64,000 bases of DNA from an uncultured delta proteobacterium (GCA_963817385.1 CAWFOM010000005.1:1-64000); one strand, 5' to 3'; counted from the stretch's first letter, positions 39,581 through 50,110 are shown. Made by a program: numbers and translations. The notes: generated by a model from the letters alone, not told the origin.

Positions 39581-40803
39581 GACACAAGCGCCCCCTTTGC
39601 GGCCAGGTAGCCCGTGGCGATTGCGATCCCTTCCCGGGAGTGCTCTTCGATGGCCTCGTGGTGGGCCAGGATCGAGCCCGCGACCCAGACGTTCGACAGG
39701 ACGGTCCTTCCTCCTTCATCCACCGGCCGGAGGGCCGCATCGGTGACGATCCCCGCGCGGTGGATCGGGTGCGCCTCGGGTTGGAAAAACCGTTCCCGGA
39801 ACCACTCGCCGCGCGTGGCCGGCTGGGAGACGGGGAGGCGAAAGAGGGGCTCGGAAACCCTCTCCATGTCGGCCCAGAGGCCGCCGCCGAGGAAACGGCC
39901 GGTGGCCAGGATGTAATTCTCCGCCCGGTATTCGGTCTCCAGCGGCGGATTGCAGACCGTGATCCCCTCGCACCGTCCGTCTTTCACGGTGGCGCCGGTG
40001 ACGGGATTCCCCATCAGAAAGGTCGCCCCCTTCGCGATCAGGAGCTCCCGAAAACGGTTGAATATCCGGAGACCGGGGATTGACGGGGGGAGCATCGGGA
40101 TCTCGAAGATGCGTGCGCCGATTACCCCTTCCAGATCCTCTATCACCGCAGCCGGCTCACGGAGGCCGAGGACGGCGGGGAGGCCGATCCGTTTTTCTCC
40201 GGCCTTTTGGCCCCGGATCGTCTCGCCGATGCTGTTCCGGAACGGCTCCTCATCCATCAGCCGTGCGAGGGCGAGCGCGCTTAAGCCCTCCAGGCCGTAG
40301 CGGGGAAGCGGGATGTTCACCCCGCGGCACTTGAGATGGAGGGAGACCGTGTCCCCCTGGAAATCCTTGAACCCCCGGAAACCGACGATCAGCGTCTCTG
40401 ACGCTGTGATCCCTGCACCGGCCCGCATCGTGACCGGGAGGAGATAGGTGGGGCGCAGCGTCCCGGCGCCGGTGGGGACGAGGCTGTTGCTCACGCCTGC
40501 GGCGACGAAGCTGTAGGGAGGTGGAAAGAGTTCCCGGAAGGCGATGAGCGCCTCCGCGATCCCCGCCCATCCCGTCCGGGCGTAGGGGTGATCCGGGTGC
40601 GCCGCGATCCAGTTGACGATCCCCGTCTCCAGGTTCACACCGGGGGGTATCGCTCCCAGGACGTCGATCGTGTTTCCGAAGAGGGTGAGCGACCCCATCC
40701 CCCGGCCTACGATGAGGACCCGCGCCCCCATCTCGACCGCCGTCCGGGCGGCGGTAAGCCCTGTGAGCCCGGTCCCGATGACGATCAGATCCCAGCGCTT
40801 CAT
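39577..40803 (-). CDS. glpB: Anaerobic glycerol-3-phosphate dehydrogenase subunit B
   Basis: IGTGLTG, PTGAGTLRPT, LPAVLG, EIPMLPPSIPGLR, LATGRFLGGGL. Confidence 0.9.
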   Translation of the reverse strand: MKRWDLIVIGTGLTGLTAARTAVEMGARVLIVGRGMGSLTLFGNTIDVLGAIPPGVNLETGIVNWIAAHPDHPYARTGWAGIAEALIAFRELFPPPYSFVAAGVSNSLVPTGAGTLRPTYLLPVTMRAGAGITASETLIVGFRGFKDFQGDTVSLHLKCRGVNIPLPRYGLEGLSALALARLMDEEPFRNSIGETIRGQKAGEKRIGLPAVLGLREPAAVIEDLEGVIGARIFEIPMLPPSIPGLRIFNRFRELLIAKGATFLMGNPVTGATVKDGRCEGITVCNPPLETEYRAENYILATGRFLGGGLWADMERVSEPLFRLPVSQPATRGEWFRERFFQPEAHPIHRAGIVTDAALRPVDEGGRTVLSNVWVAGSILAHHEAIEEHSREGIAIATGYLAAKGALVS

Positions 40804-42371
40804 GCCTGACTCCCTTCGGGCCTGTCCCCTTCCTCGGGGGTGAGATTGAAGAGTCCCTTGTAGATCGACTCGATCAGCTCCTCTTCTTTCAGTGAGATCC
40901 CCCAGAGGACGGGGCGGATCCCCTTCCATCGCTCTTCGAGAAATCCCTTCAGGATGCGGTTGGAGCCGCCGAGCCCTTCCCCTTTCTGCATTTCGTTCAG
41001 GACGCCCAGGAGGCGGTAGACGCAGAACCCCCCCTGGCAGGTTCCCTTGGCGAGACGGGTGCGGTGGAGGATGTCCTGGAGCTCCCGGACTTTACCATCC
41101 CGGAGGATCGCGTCCACGGTTTCCCGGGGGACGAGCTCGCAGTCGCACAGGAGCTCTCCCCGGGAGGCGGGGGCCTGCCGCCGGAGCCACAGGAGCCGGT
41201 CCTTCAGGGCATGGCTCAGGCCGGCGCCGGGGAGGCGCTGGACGTGGGTAAGGCAGGGGACATGGAGGCCCATCTTTTCACAGATGAAGTCGACGACCTT
41301 TTCCGCCATGAGGCGATAGGTCATGAGCTTCCCGCCGGTGATCGTGATGAGCCCCATAACGCCATCGCGGCTTTCGTGGTCGATCAGGGCGAACCCGCGG
41401 CTGATCTCCCGGTCGTCGCCGGTCTTGGCTGACTGCACGAGGGGGCGGACGCCGGCGTAGGCGCGGGTGAACCGTTCCCCCTTGATGGCGGGGATCATCC
41501 GGGAGAGTTCTTCGACCAGGAAGGAGACCTCTTCCGGGGTGACTTCGAAATGCTCCAGGTTCTCCTCGCGGAGCGAGGTCGTCCCGAGGATGGAGACGGT
41601 GTCGTTCGGGACGATGATGTCGCCGCTGGCGGGGGGGCGGCAGCGGTTGATGACCCGTTCGCTGAGGCGGGTATTGGTGATCAGCATGGAACCTTTGGAG
41701 AGGGCGATGCCGATCTGAAGGCCCGCAAGCCCCAGGATCTGGTTCGCCCAGGCGCCCGTTGCGTTGACCACCCAGGCGGCGGCGATGGCGTATTCTTCCC
41801 GGGTGATCCGGTCCCGGACCCTGGCGCCGCTGACCCGGAGGCCGTCGCGGATGAGGCCCACGACTTCGGTGTGGAGGAGGAAGCGCGCCCCGCGGGATTC
41901 GGCGTCCCGGGCATTTTCCACGACCAGGGTGAAGGGATCGACCGCCCCGTCGGGGACCTGTACGGCGCCGATGATGAGCGGATTGAGCCGCGGTTCCATC
42001 GACAGCGCCTCGCGCGGGGAGAGAGGCAGGGTTTCGATCCCCGCCGCCTCGCAGGCGCGAATGAGGGTGGCGCGGTATTCGGGGCCGTCTTCGGGGAGCG
42101 AGACGAAGAGTCCCCCGGTGTCTTCGATGCAGTGGGGGGCGATCTTCCTCAGAATCTTGTTTTCGGCGATGCATTCCCGGGCCGCCTCGGGATCGTTGAC
42201 GGCGTAGCGGCCGCCGCTGTGGAGGAGTCCCTGGTTTCTGCCGGACGCGCCGGAGGTGAAGTCACCCTTTTCCACGAGGAGGGAGGGGATGCCGCGCAGC
42301 GCAAGATCGCGCGAGATGCCGGCCCCCGTCGCACCGCCGCCGATGATGAGCACTTCCGTTTGCAGATCCAT
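40800..42371 (-). CDS. glpA: Anaerobic glycerol-3-phosphate dehydrogenase subunit A
   Basis: IIGGGATG, GRNQGLLHSGGRYAV, AYAGVRPL, GGKLMTYRLMAE, CDCE..RTRL..CQGGFC. Confidence 0.92.
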   Translation of the reverse strand: MDLQTEVLIIGGGATGAGISRDLALRGIPSLLVEKGDFTSGASGRNQGLLHSGGRYAVNDPEAARECIAENKILRKIAPHCIEDTGGLFVSLPEDGPEYRATLIRACEAAGIETLPLSPREALSMEPRLNPLIIGAVQVPDGAVDPFTLVVENARDAESRGARFLLHTEVVGLIRDGLRVSGARVRDRITREEYAIAAAWVVNATGAWANQILGLAGLQIGIALSKGSMLITNTRLSERVINRCRPPASGDIIVPNDTVSILGTTSLREENLEHFEVTPEEVSFLVEELSRMIPAIKGERFTRAYAGVRPLVQSAKTGDDREISRGFALIDHESRDGVMGLITITGGKLMTYRLMAEKVVDFICEKMGLHVPCLTHVQRLPGAGLSHALKDRLLWLRRQAPASRGELLCDCELVPRETVDAILRDGKVRELQDILHRTRLAKGTCQGGFCVYRLLGVLNEMQKGEGLGGSNRILKGFLEERWKGIRPVLWGISLKEEELIESIYKGLFNLTPEEGDRPEGSQA

Positions 42372-42531
42372 AAATCTCCGCTTGAGTGAGAGGGACCGAC
42401 TTGTCAGAAAACCCCCAGTATTATGAGGCCTTATGCAAATTTGCTAACAGGATTCCCCGGGATTGTCAAGGCAAATGAGAATTTTCGACCTTCGGGCGTT
42501 TAACCCGTTCGTGCCGGTCACAATGCGGATA

Positions 42532-42559
42532 TTGCCTGATCAATAAGATGTGGTACAAT
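42532..42559 (+). promoter_or_regulatory. Sigma70-like promoter of the FGGY kinase
   Basis: TTGCCT-N16-TACAAT with extended TG. Confidence 0.5.
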
Positions 42560-42610
42560 CCGCCGCGTCATGGTACGTAATCCATCGGTGATTATCGAGG
42601 AGCAGCATTG

Positions 42611-43951
42611 ATGAACATCCTGGGTGTGGATATCGGAACGACCGGCATGAAGATGGGCGTATTTTGCGCGGACGGCGACCCCCTATCGCTGATCCGGCAG
42701 TTCAGCCGTCACTATGCCGTCAATACCTATCATGACGGCCGCTTCAGCGACATCGAGCCGGAGAAGTGGCGGCAGGCTTTCCTGGAGGGATGCCGGGCGA
42801 TGGGCGATCTGATGGGCGTCATCGATGCGATTGCCCTCTCCGGAACCACGCCGGGATTCACCGCCATGGACGCGGAAGGCGAAGCGCTCCATCCCGCCAT
42901 CCTCATGCTCGATCAGCGCTCTTCGGCTCAGGCCGAGCGCATCATCGAAATCGTCGGGCTCGCACGGCTCCTGGAGACCACCGGCAACATGCCGGTTGCC
43001 GGCGGATGCTCCCTGGCGAGCCTGCTCTGGCTAAAAGACAATCATCCCGACCTCACCGCCCGGGCCCGTCTGTTCGGACATTCCAACACCTATCTTGCAC
43101 GATGGCTGACCGGGAGAGGCGCCATCGATCCCTCCTCCGCGTCACTCACCGCCCTCTACAACACCGTGCTAAACGACCTTACCTGGAACGCTGAGATCGC
43201 CTCCCTGTTCGATCTCCCTCTCGATTTTCTCCCGGAGCTTATCCTCTCCTGGGAGAGCGCCGGACGTCTGAAAAAAGAAATCGCCGCGATGACCGGTCTC
43301 ACCCGGCAACCGCCGGTGATCATCGGGGGGAACGATGCGGTACTGGCTGCATACTCGGTAGGGATCAACCGTCCCGGCGACATCATCAATGTGAACGGCA
43401 CCTGCGAGATCACCCTGGTGTGCCTGCCCCGCTGCCTTCCCTCGGTTCGGTACAACATCCGCGCCCATGTTGTTCCGGGGATGTGGCTGACCCTCCATGT
43501 CATGAATGCGGGCGGGAAAGCGCTGGAATGGTTCCACCATCTCTTCTGCCGCGAGATGGCGCCGGAGGAGTTCTACGGCGATTTTCTGACGGGGGCGATC
43601 GACGCCTGGCTTGGCCGTGACAGCGGCGTGACGTATGTCCCGTTCCTTATGGGGTCGCGATACGACCGGCAGCCGCTCAAGGCCGAATTCCTCGGCATGA
43701 CCCAGGAGACCTCCCGCGAGGAACTCCTGGCCGCCGTGGTCCGGGGCCTGTGCCGCTACCAGCGGGAACACCTGAGCGATGTGGCTCGTCATGTGCCGCT
43801 CAGCGGGACCATCCATGTGACCGGCGGCGCTCTCAACACCGCGATGATTCGGGCGAAGAATGTGTGGATGCAAAACAGCGCCTATCTCCTCGAGGAGGAA
43901 TCTTCCCTGAAAGGCGCGGCGATGCTCGGGCGGAAATACCTGGAGAGATGA
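42611..43951 (+). CDS. FGGY-family carbohydrate kinase (xylulokinase-like)
   Basis: LGVDIGTTGMK, DQRS, LLWLKD, DPSSAS, GGND, NGT, VTGG, GAA. Confidence 0.85.
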   Translation: MNILGVDIGTTGMKMGVFCADGDPLSLIRQFSRHYAVNTYHDGRFSDIEPEKWRQAFLEGCRAMGDLMGVIDAIALSGTTPGFTAMDAEGEALHPAILMLDQRSSAQAERIIEIVGLARLLETTGNMPVAGGCSLASLLWLKDNHPDLTARARLFGHSNTYLARWLTGRGAIDPSSASLTALYNTVLNDLTWNAEIASLFDLPLDFLPELILSWESAGRLKKEIAAMTGLTRQPPVIIGGNDAVLAAYSVGINRPGDIINVNGTCEITLVCLPRCLPSVRYNIRAHVVPGMWLTLHVMNAGGKALEWFHHLFCREMAPEEFYGDFLTGAIDAWLGRDSGVTYVPFLMGSRYDRQPLKAEFLGMTQETSREELLAAVVRGLCRYQREHLSDVARHVPLSGTIHVTGGALNTAMIRAKNVWMQNSAYLLEEESSLKGAAMLGRKYLER

Positions 43952-44039
43952 GAGACTCCCGGGCATCCCGGTGTGCGTCGGGTCCACCTTGCCGCAGGGG
44001 ATCCTCGAGGGATGGATTCTGCCTTTAGCGGATGGGGTC

Positions 44040-44444
44040 ATGATCGACACGAAAAAGACGACACAGGATATTCTCCAGGAGGAGATGGTGCGGGAGCGGG
44101 TGGCGGTTCTGGCCCGCGCCGGGGAGCGCCTCGCCGATGCACTGGAGAAACTCCGGCGGATGGAGAGCGACATCGCGGCGGCGATGGCTCTCTGGCGCCT
44201 CAGGGAGGGAGAGGACGGGGGAAGCCGGCAGCGTCTTTGTGGCGAGATCAATGGGAAGATCCGCGCTTACAACCTCCAGCGCGACCACGTCAAGACCCGC
44301 TATTACTACCTCATCGTAACCCGCGAGGCACTGGGGATCACCCACCACCAGCGCCTCGAAGAAATCTACCGGGTGCCGCCGAAGAAACGCTGCCTTCCGG
44401 AGCGCGCGGGGCTGCGCCAGGGACCATCCCCCAGTCGAATTTGA
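44040..44444 (+). CDS. Hypothetical helical protein
   Basis: ORF between co-oriented genes; YYYLIVTREALG; no family recognised. Confidence 0.6.
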   Translation: MIDTKKTTQDILQEEMVRERVAVLARAGERLADALEKLRRMESDIAAAMALWRLREGEDGGSRQRLCGEINGKIRAYNLQRDHVKTRYYYLIVTREALGITHHQRLEEIYRVPPKKRCLPERAGLRQGPSPSRI

Positions 44445-44620
44445 CGGGACCTTGCGGAATGCGGAGGCGTCTTTACGGGAAGGAAAATGTGTGGTAGGTA
44501 AGCAGCATGATCGATGGGACTTCTCCGGGGCTGTTCGGCAACCGGGGAGCGGAGACGCCCGAAGCGGCTAAGCGGCGTTGTTTTCTCGCCGGGAGGCGGG
44601 AATGTTGGATGATGGAGACG

Positions 44621-45532
44621 ATGAACGTGACATGCACAACCGACAAGAGAATAGCTGAGCCCGCCTTCGGCGAGGCCCTCTTCGACCTCGTCAGACGGAC
44701 GGCCTATGAGCTGCCCGCGGATGTCGAGGAGGCTCTGAAGCGTGCCTACAACGACGAGGCGCCCGACTCCACGGCGCGGACGATACTCGCGGCATTTCTG
44801 GAAAACATGCGGCTGGCCAGGGAAAAGCGGGTCCCGCTCTGCCAGGATACGGGGATGCCCCTCTTTTTCATCCACCACCCTCCGGGCGTCTCCCGCAGGG
44901 CGCTGCGCACGGCGTGCGAAGAGGCCGTGGCGCGGGCGACGAGGGAGCAGTACCTGAGGCACAACGCCGTCGATTCCGTCACCGGCAAGAACAGCGGAAA
45001 CAATGTGGGCAAGGGCTTTCCCGGGCTCTTCTGCGAGGAGTGGGACGATGGCGCGATCTCGGTTGCCCTGATGCTCAAGGGCGGTGGAAGCGAAAACGTA
45101 GGCCGACAGTACAGCCTGCCCGACGATTCCCTCAACGCCGGCCGCGACCTGGAAGGGGTCCGGCGGGTCGTCCTGGACGCCGTCCGCAAGGCGGAGGGGA
45201 AGGGATGCCCCCCGGGGATCCTGGGGATCTGCATCGGCGCCGACCGCGGCTCCGGCTATATCCATTCCAAGCATCAGCTGCTGCGCCCCCTGGGCGACAC
45301 GAACCCCGATCCCGGCTTGGCGGAGCTGGAAGGGCGGATCCTCCGCGAGGCCAACACCCTGGGGATCGGTCCCCTGGGACTCGGGGGAAAGACGACCCTC
45401 CTGGGGGTCAAGATCGGCGCCCTCCACCGCGTCCCCGCCAGTTTCTTCGTCACGGTGACCTATATGTGCTGGGAGCACCGCCGGCGGGAGATCCGGATCG
45501 AAGCTGACGGCAGCTATCGCTTTACAGGATGA
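44621..45532 (+). CDS. Class I fumarate hydratase / tartrate dehydratase alpha subunit; start approximate
   Basis: PLCQDTG, LKGGGSEN, GCPP, LGIGPLGLGG, CWEHR. Confidence 0.9.
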   Translation: MNVTCTTDKRIAEPAFGEALFDLVRRTAYELPADVEEALKRAYNDEAPDSTARTILAAFLENMRLAREKRVPLCQDTGMPLFFIHHPPGVSRRALRTACEEAVARATREQYLRHNAVDSVTGKNSGNNVGKGFPGLFCEEWDDGAISVALMLKGGGSENVGRQYSLPDDSLNAGRDLEGVRRVVLDAVRKAEGKGCPPGILGICIGADRGSGYIHSKHQLLRPLGDTNPDPGLAELEGRILREANTLGIGPLGLGGKTTLLGVKIGALHRVPASFFVTVTYMCWEHRRREIRIEADGSYRFTG

Positions 45533-45542
45533 GGAGACGATC

Positions 45543-46157
45543 ATGATCGAATTGAACATACCCATCAGCGAAGAGAAGATCCTGTCGCTCCACGCCGGAG
45601 ACGTCGTGGCGATCTCCGGGATCGCGACGACCGGACGGGATGCGGCCCACAAATACCTGGTGGAGCGTCTCATCGAGGGAAAGAAACCCCTCGCACCCGA
45701 GGACCAGCGGATCTATGACGAGCTTAAGGCGATCTACCGGGGCGGGGCGATCTACCACAGCGGTCCCATCGTCCGCAACACCGACGGCCGCTGGAGCATC
45801 GTCTCCTCCGGGCCGACGACGAGCATCCGCGACGAGATCTACGAGGACAAGGTGATCGCCGCCTTCGGGCTTCGGGTGGTGATCGGCAAGGGGGGGATGG
45901 GTCCCCGGACGCTCGCCGCCTGCAAGGCCCACAAAGCCGTCTATGTCCATGGGATGGGCGGGGCCGGCGTGACCAACGCCCGGGCCATGGTCGAGGTCCT
46001 CGATGTTTTCAAGAAGGAGGAGTTCGGCCTCCCCGAGGCCTTCTGGAAGATCCGGTTCGACCACTTCCCGGGGATCGTCACCATGGACGCCCACGGACGG
46101 AGCCTCCACGAGGAGCTGGACAAGACCTTCGACGAGCGTCTGGCTGCACTTCTCTGA
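45543..46157 (+). CDS. Class I fumarate hydratase / tartrate dehydratase beta subunit
   Basis: GRDAAH, YHSGP, GPTTSIR, IGKGG, MDAHG. Confidence 0.9.
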   Translation: MIELNIPISEEKILSLHAGDVVAISGIATTGRDAAHKYLVERLIEGKKPLAPEDQRIYDELKAIYRGGAIYHSGPIVRNTDGRWSIVSSGPTTSIRDEIYEDKVIAAFGLRVVIGKGGMGPRTLAACKAHKAVYVHGMGGAGVTNARAMVEVLDVFKKEEFGLPEAFWKIRFDHFPGIVTMDAHGRSLHEELDKTFDERLAALL

Positions 46158-46289
46158 GAGCGGTCCGCCGGGGCCCGGGACGGCGCAAACGCAGGCTGCC
46201 CGGCCGGCATAGCCGTCGGCTACTGATAATCGGCGTCTCCCTCAGCACGCTGCGGGAGAAGTGGTTCTACACAACAAGAGGTAAAGCAT

Positions 46290-47051
46290 ATGCGTTTTCA
46301 GGGGAAGACGGCCCTGGTGACCGGCGGTTCCAAGGGGATCGGGCGCGCCACGGCGCTCCGGCTCGGGAGTGAGGGGGCGGCGGTGGCGGTGAACGGCCGG
46401 GACGCGGCCGCGGTGGAGCAGGTGGTGGGCGAGATCCGGCGCGCGGGCGGACGGGCCATGGATGCCTTGGCCGACGTGACACGTACGGATGATGTTGCCG
46501 GGATGACAAAGAAGGTTATCGCCGAGTTCGGCGCCATTGACATCCTGGTGAATAACGCTGGCGGCGGCACCATGGCCCGGTGGCTGGACGACCTGGACGA
46601 AGAGGCCTGGGACCGGAGTCTTGCGGCCAATCTCAAGAGTACGTTCTTGGTCACCAGAGCGGTTGCTCCCCATATGCGGGAGCGCCGCCGGGGGTGCATC
46701 GTGATGGTGGCGTCGATCGCGGGACGGAACATGGCCCGTCTCTCCGGGCCCGATTACAGCGCCGCAAAGGGAGGCATGCTCGCTTTCATGCGGCACATGG
46801 CGGTGGAACTGGGACCGCACGGCGTAACCGTGAATGCGGTGGCGCCCGGCCCGACCATGGTCGAGCGCGTGGCGAAGAAGTGGGAGATCAAGGGGGAAGA
46901 GGAGCGCCGGAGGATTCTCAGCACCATCCCCCTGGGACGTCCCGCACGGCCGGAGGAGGTGGCGGCGGCGATTGCGTTTCTCGCCTCCGATGACGCCTCC
47001 TACATCACCGGGGCGTGCCTCGACGTGAACGGCGGCGCGTTCATGATGTAA
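46290..47051 (+). CDS. Short-chain dehydrogenase/reductase
   Basis: TGGSKGIG, NNAG, YSAAK, VNAVAPG. Confidence 0.93.
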   Translation: MRFQGKTALVTGGSKGIGRATALRLGSEGAAVAVNGRDAAAVEQVVGEIRRAGGRAMDALADVTRTDDVAGMTKKVIAEFGAIDILVNNAGGGTMARWLDDLDEEAWDRSLAANLKSTFLVTRAVAPHMRERRRGCIVMVASIAGRNMARLSGPDYSAAKGGMLAFMRHMAVELGPHGVTVNAVAPGPTMVERVAKKWEIKGEEERRRILSTIPLGRPARPEEVAAAIAFLASDDASYITGACLDVNGGAFMM

Positions 47052-47062
47052 TATCTTCAATA

Positions 47063-47698
47063 TCAACGGGAGTCGGGGATCGCGGCCCATGCGCCAAGGC
47101 CGATGAAGCAGCCGCCGGTCAACCAGCGAAGGCGCGATGCAACGCCCGACTGTTTTTGCAGCCACCGGCCGATACCGCCCGCGAAATATCCAACCATACC
47201 ATAGAGGAGAACCGTCAGGAGCATGTAGATGCCGCCCAGGAGGAGCAGCTGCGGTGCTGCGTTCGGGGCGGTGGCGTTGAGGAATTGCGGCAGGAAGCTC
47301 AGGAAGAACAGGATCGTCTTTGGATTGCCCATGCTCGCCGCGATGCTCTGCCCGATAATCGCTCGTTTCCTCGTCGCACCGAGAGGCGCGGTGACGAGCG
47401 GCCGATCGTGATCGGTCAGGGTCCTCACACCCAGATAGATCAGATAGCAACTGCCGCCGTATTTGATTACCTGGAATGTCAGATACGAAGAGCGGATCAG
47501 GGCGGCAACCCCGATTGCGGCAAGGGTGGTATGCAGCATCACCCCGCACCCGAGCCCCAGCGCCGCCATGAGGGCGGGGCGACGGCCGTGGGTAACACCC
47601 CGCGTGAGCACGTAGAGAAAATTGGGGCCGGGTGTCAGGATGAGAATGGAGGCAGTGAGGCAAAACAGGCTCAATTGCGTGTTTGTAGGCATAGGCAT
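47063..47698 (-). CDS. LysE/RhtB-family exporter
   Basis: TPGP..G, YLIYLG, NPK..FF..FLPQF. Confidence 0.9.
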   Translation of the reverse strand: MPMPTNTQLSLFCLTASILILTPGPNFLYVLTRGVTHGRRPALMAALGLGCGVMLHTTLAAIGVAALIRSSYLTFQVIKYGGSCYLIYLGVRTLTDHDRPLVTAPLGATRKRAIIGQSIAASMGNPKTILFFLSFLPQFLNATAPNAAPQLLLLGGIYMLLTVLLYGMVGYFAGGIGRWLQKQSGVASRLRWLTGGCFIGLGAWAAIPDSR

Positions 47699-47976
47699 AA
47701 TGCTCTGCTTCAGTGGGTACGTTCAGCGATCTGCTACATATGGCGACCCCATCGGGTCAAATCTGAGCAAGCCATTTCTATCCAGAATTCCGCCAAATCC
47801 AAAAGGCGCAGGCAGGAAAGCAAATATTGCCCGGAATAGATAGCCTTTTTTGTTTTTATGAGGCCCGTGCGACAATTCCTATCGAGCATGTCGCGATTAT
47901 AGTGTTAGCTCGAAGTTACCAATGACCGCTTGCCGGATGATTTCGGGTCCTGCAGCAGTATGATTATGCATACGCC

Positions 47977-48483
47977 TCAGCGGTTCAAGGCCTTATTATA
48001 TGCTTGTTCATTATAGCCGTTGATGCCTACTCCGTCAATGACTGCAAAAGGCACGCCCTTATTGCGATCAAACTGCTCTTTACGGCGGGCAGCTTCCTGG
48101 TCTTTTTCAATGTCGTATTCAATGAATGGAATTCCTTTGGATTGAAAGAACACCCTGGCCTTTTTGCACCAGGGACACCAGCTTGTGGTATACAACTCAA
48201 CCTTTCGTTCTTTTACCGATGGTCTTTGTTGAGCGGCATGCGGCGGATTTGCCCCCGTCTCTTTGGCTTCTATCGGATTCCTCTTGTCTGTTTGATAGGT
48301 CGGTAACGTCTCAATTTTTGCATTATCGACATGCTGAGGCGGCGTATCCGAAACATGCACCGCACCATTTTGGTCGACCCACTTGTACATACCGGCGATT
48401 GAGCTCTCTGCAAAAACGCTGACTACGAAAAAGACCAGAAAGGTTTCCAGGAAGATAAGATATTTCCAGATTGGTTTTGTCAA
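47977..48483 (-). CDS. Exported DUF4124 + glutaredoxin-domain protein
   Basis: Signal peptide, YKWVDQNG.VH.SDTPP, WCPWC, GVP. Confidence 0.85.
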   Translation of the reverse strand: MTKPIWKYLIFLETFLVFFVVSVFAESSIAGMYKWVDQNGAVHVSDTPPQHVDNAKIETLPTYQTDKRNPIEAKETGANPPHAAQQRPSVKERKVELYTTSWCPWCKKARVFFQSKGIPFIEYDIEKDQEAARRKEQFDRNKGVPFAVIDGVGINGYNEQAYNKALNR

Positions 48484-48649
48484 GTGGATGTCCCCTTAAA
48501 GGCAAGGCCTTCTCTTCTTCAGTAGAAAACTTGACCTGAAACGACACGATCCAAGGCATCACCGGATCATCCCCTGGATATGTGATCAATTGTCCAGGGG
48601 AGTTACCGGTGACCGCAAGATTCCAGGATTCGCGCTCCTTGGGGGCGGA

Positions 48650-49942
48650 TCAGCTGGCGGCGCCCGCCTTGAGGAACCGGTTGTACGTCTTCATGGCGCA
48701 GAGCTCCCCGCACATCGTGCAGACATCCTTGTCCTTGTCCTCGGTCAGGCAGCGGACCCGTCTGGCCTTCGCGGGGTCGATGGAGAGCTTGAACATCGTT
48801 TCCCAGTCGAAGCGCCTCCTGGCCCGGGACATGTTCTCGTTTCTCTGCCACGCGCCCTCGACCCCCTTCTCGATATCCCCGATATGGGCCGCAATGCACG
48901 AGGCGATCACCCCCTCGTAGACGTCCTTGACCGTGGGAAGACCCAGGTGTTCGGCTGGGGTGACATAACAGAGGAAATCGGCGCCATTTGCGGCGGCGAT
49001 CGCCCCGCCGATCGCCCCGACGATGTGGTCGTAGCCGGGGGCGATGTCCGTGGGGAGCGGCCCCAGGACGTAATAAGGGGCGCCGTTGCAGATCCGTTTC
49101 TGCATCTGCATGTCCGCGGCGATACGCCGCAGGGGGACGTGGCCCGGTCCCTCCACCATCACCTGGACTCCCGCTCCTCTCGCCCGATCCACGAGCTCCC
49201 CGAGAACGATCAGCTCCGCGGTCTGCGCCCGGTCCTCCGCATCGCAGATCGTCCCCGGCCGCAGCCCGTCGCCTAGGGACAGGGTGACATCGTATCCCCG
49301 GGCTATGTCGAGCAGCCGGTCGTACTGTTCATAGAGCGGGTTCTCGCGCTGATGGAGCTTCATCCACTCCGCCATCAGGCTCCCGCCGCGCGAGACGATC
49401 CCCATGATCCGGTCGGTCTTCTCGAGAACGGCCAGGGTTCTGGTCGAAATGCCGCAGTGGAGGGTCATGAAATCAACGCCCATCCTGGCCTCGTGTTCGA
49501 TGTCGGCGAAGATGGCATCCTCGGTGAGGTCCTTGCAGGTGAGGCCGCCGGCGAAGAGTTTGCTGACGGAGCGGTAGATGGGCACCGTGCCGATCATGAC
49601 GGAGGAGTGCTCGATCATCCCGGCGAGGATGGCATCGATGTCGCCCCCCGTGGAGAGGTCCATAACGGCATCCGCCCCGGCATCGATGGCCACGGAGAGT
49701 TTGTCGAGTTCTTCCGGGAGGTTGGCATGACTTGCCGAGGTTCCGATATTGGCATTGATCTTTGTCGAGAGTCCCTGGCCGATCCCTCTGGCCTCAAAGG
49801 CGTGTAACCTGTTTTTCGGGATCACCACCAAGCCTGCCGCCACTTTGCCGCAGATCTCCTCCGGGGATACACCGTCATGCTGTGCAGCCTGGACCATTTC
49901 CGGGGTTATCTCCCCTTTCCTGGCTGATTCGAGTTGGGTCAT
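48650..49942 (-). CDS. thiC: Phosphomethylpyrimidine synthase
   Basis: KINANIGTS, MDLSTGG, GTVPIY, SRGGS, LGDGLRPG, EGPGH, TPAEHL, CTMCGELC; TPP riboswitch upstream. Confidence 0.96.
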   Translation of the reverse strand: MTQLESARKGEITPEMVQAAQHDGVSPEEICGKVAAGLVVIPKNRLHAFEARGIGQGLSTKINANIGTSASHANLPEELDKLSVAIDAGADAVMDLSTGGDIDAILAGMIEHSSVMIGTVPIYRSVSKLFAGGLTCKDLTEDAIFADIEHEARMGVDFMTLHCGISTRTLAVLEKTDRIMGIVSRGGSLMAEWMKLHQRENPLYEQYDRLLDIARGYDVTLSLGDGLRPGTICDAEDRAQTAELIVLGELVDRARGAGVQVMVEGPGHVPLRRIAADMQMQKRICNGAPYYVLGPLPTDIAPGYDHIVGAIGGAIAAANGADFLCYVTPAEHLGLPTVKDVYEGVIASCIAAHIGDIEKGVEGAWQRNENMSRARRRFDWETMFKLSIDPAKARRVRCLTEDKDKDVCTMCGELCAMKTYNRFLKAGAAS

Positions 49943-49966
49943 GGTATGCGCCTCCTTTCAAAGCAT

Positions 49967-49999
49967 AAAGGCCGCCTCCCTGATGGAAAGCGGCCTTTT
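49967..49999 (-). terminator. Riboswitch expression-platform hairpin upstream of thiC
   Basis: AAGGCCGC..GCGGCCTTT stem between the aptamer and the RBS. Confidence 0.7.
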
Positions 50000-50016
50000 G
50001 CGGATTGCATACCGAG

Positions 50017-50110
50017 GCTCATTTCCCTACGCAGGCATTACCCTGATCAGGTCGGTAAAGGGTCGCCGGAAATCCGGTATCTCAGTCCGATGAGGACACC
50101 CCTAACGAGC
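50017..50110 (-). ncRNA. TPP riboswitch
   Basis: AGGGGTG..CTGAGA..ACCC..ACCTGATC.GG.TAATGCC.GCGTAGGGAA; P1 GCTCGTT/AATGAGC; TTGACA-N18-TATCCT upstream. Confidence 0.95.

Noticed and set aside
40804..40929. Extended glpB start given in the ORF track
   Set aside because: Overlaps glpA; the ATGA coupling at 40800-40803 gives the canonical start.
48650..49942. BzaA/B/F cobamide-base synthase instead of ThiC
   Set aside because: The upstream riboswitch is TPP-type, not cobalamin-type.
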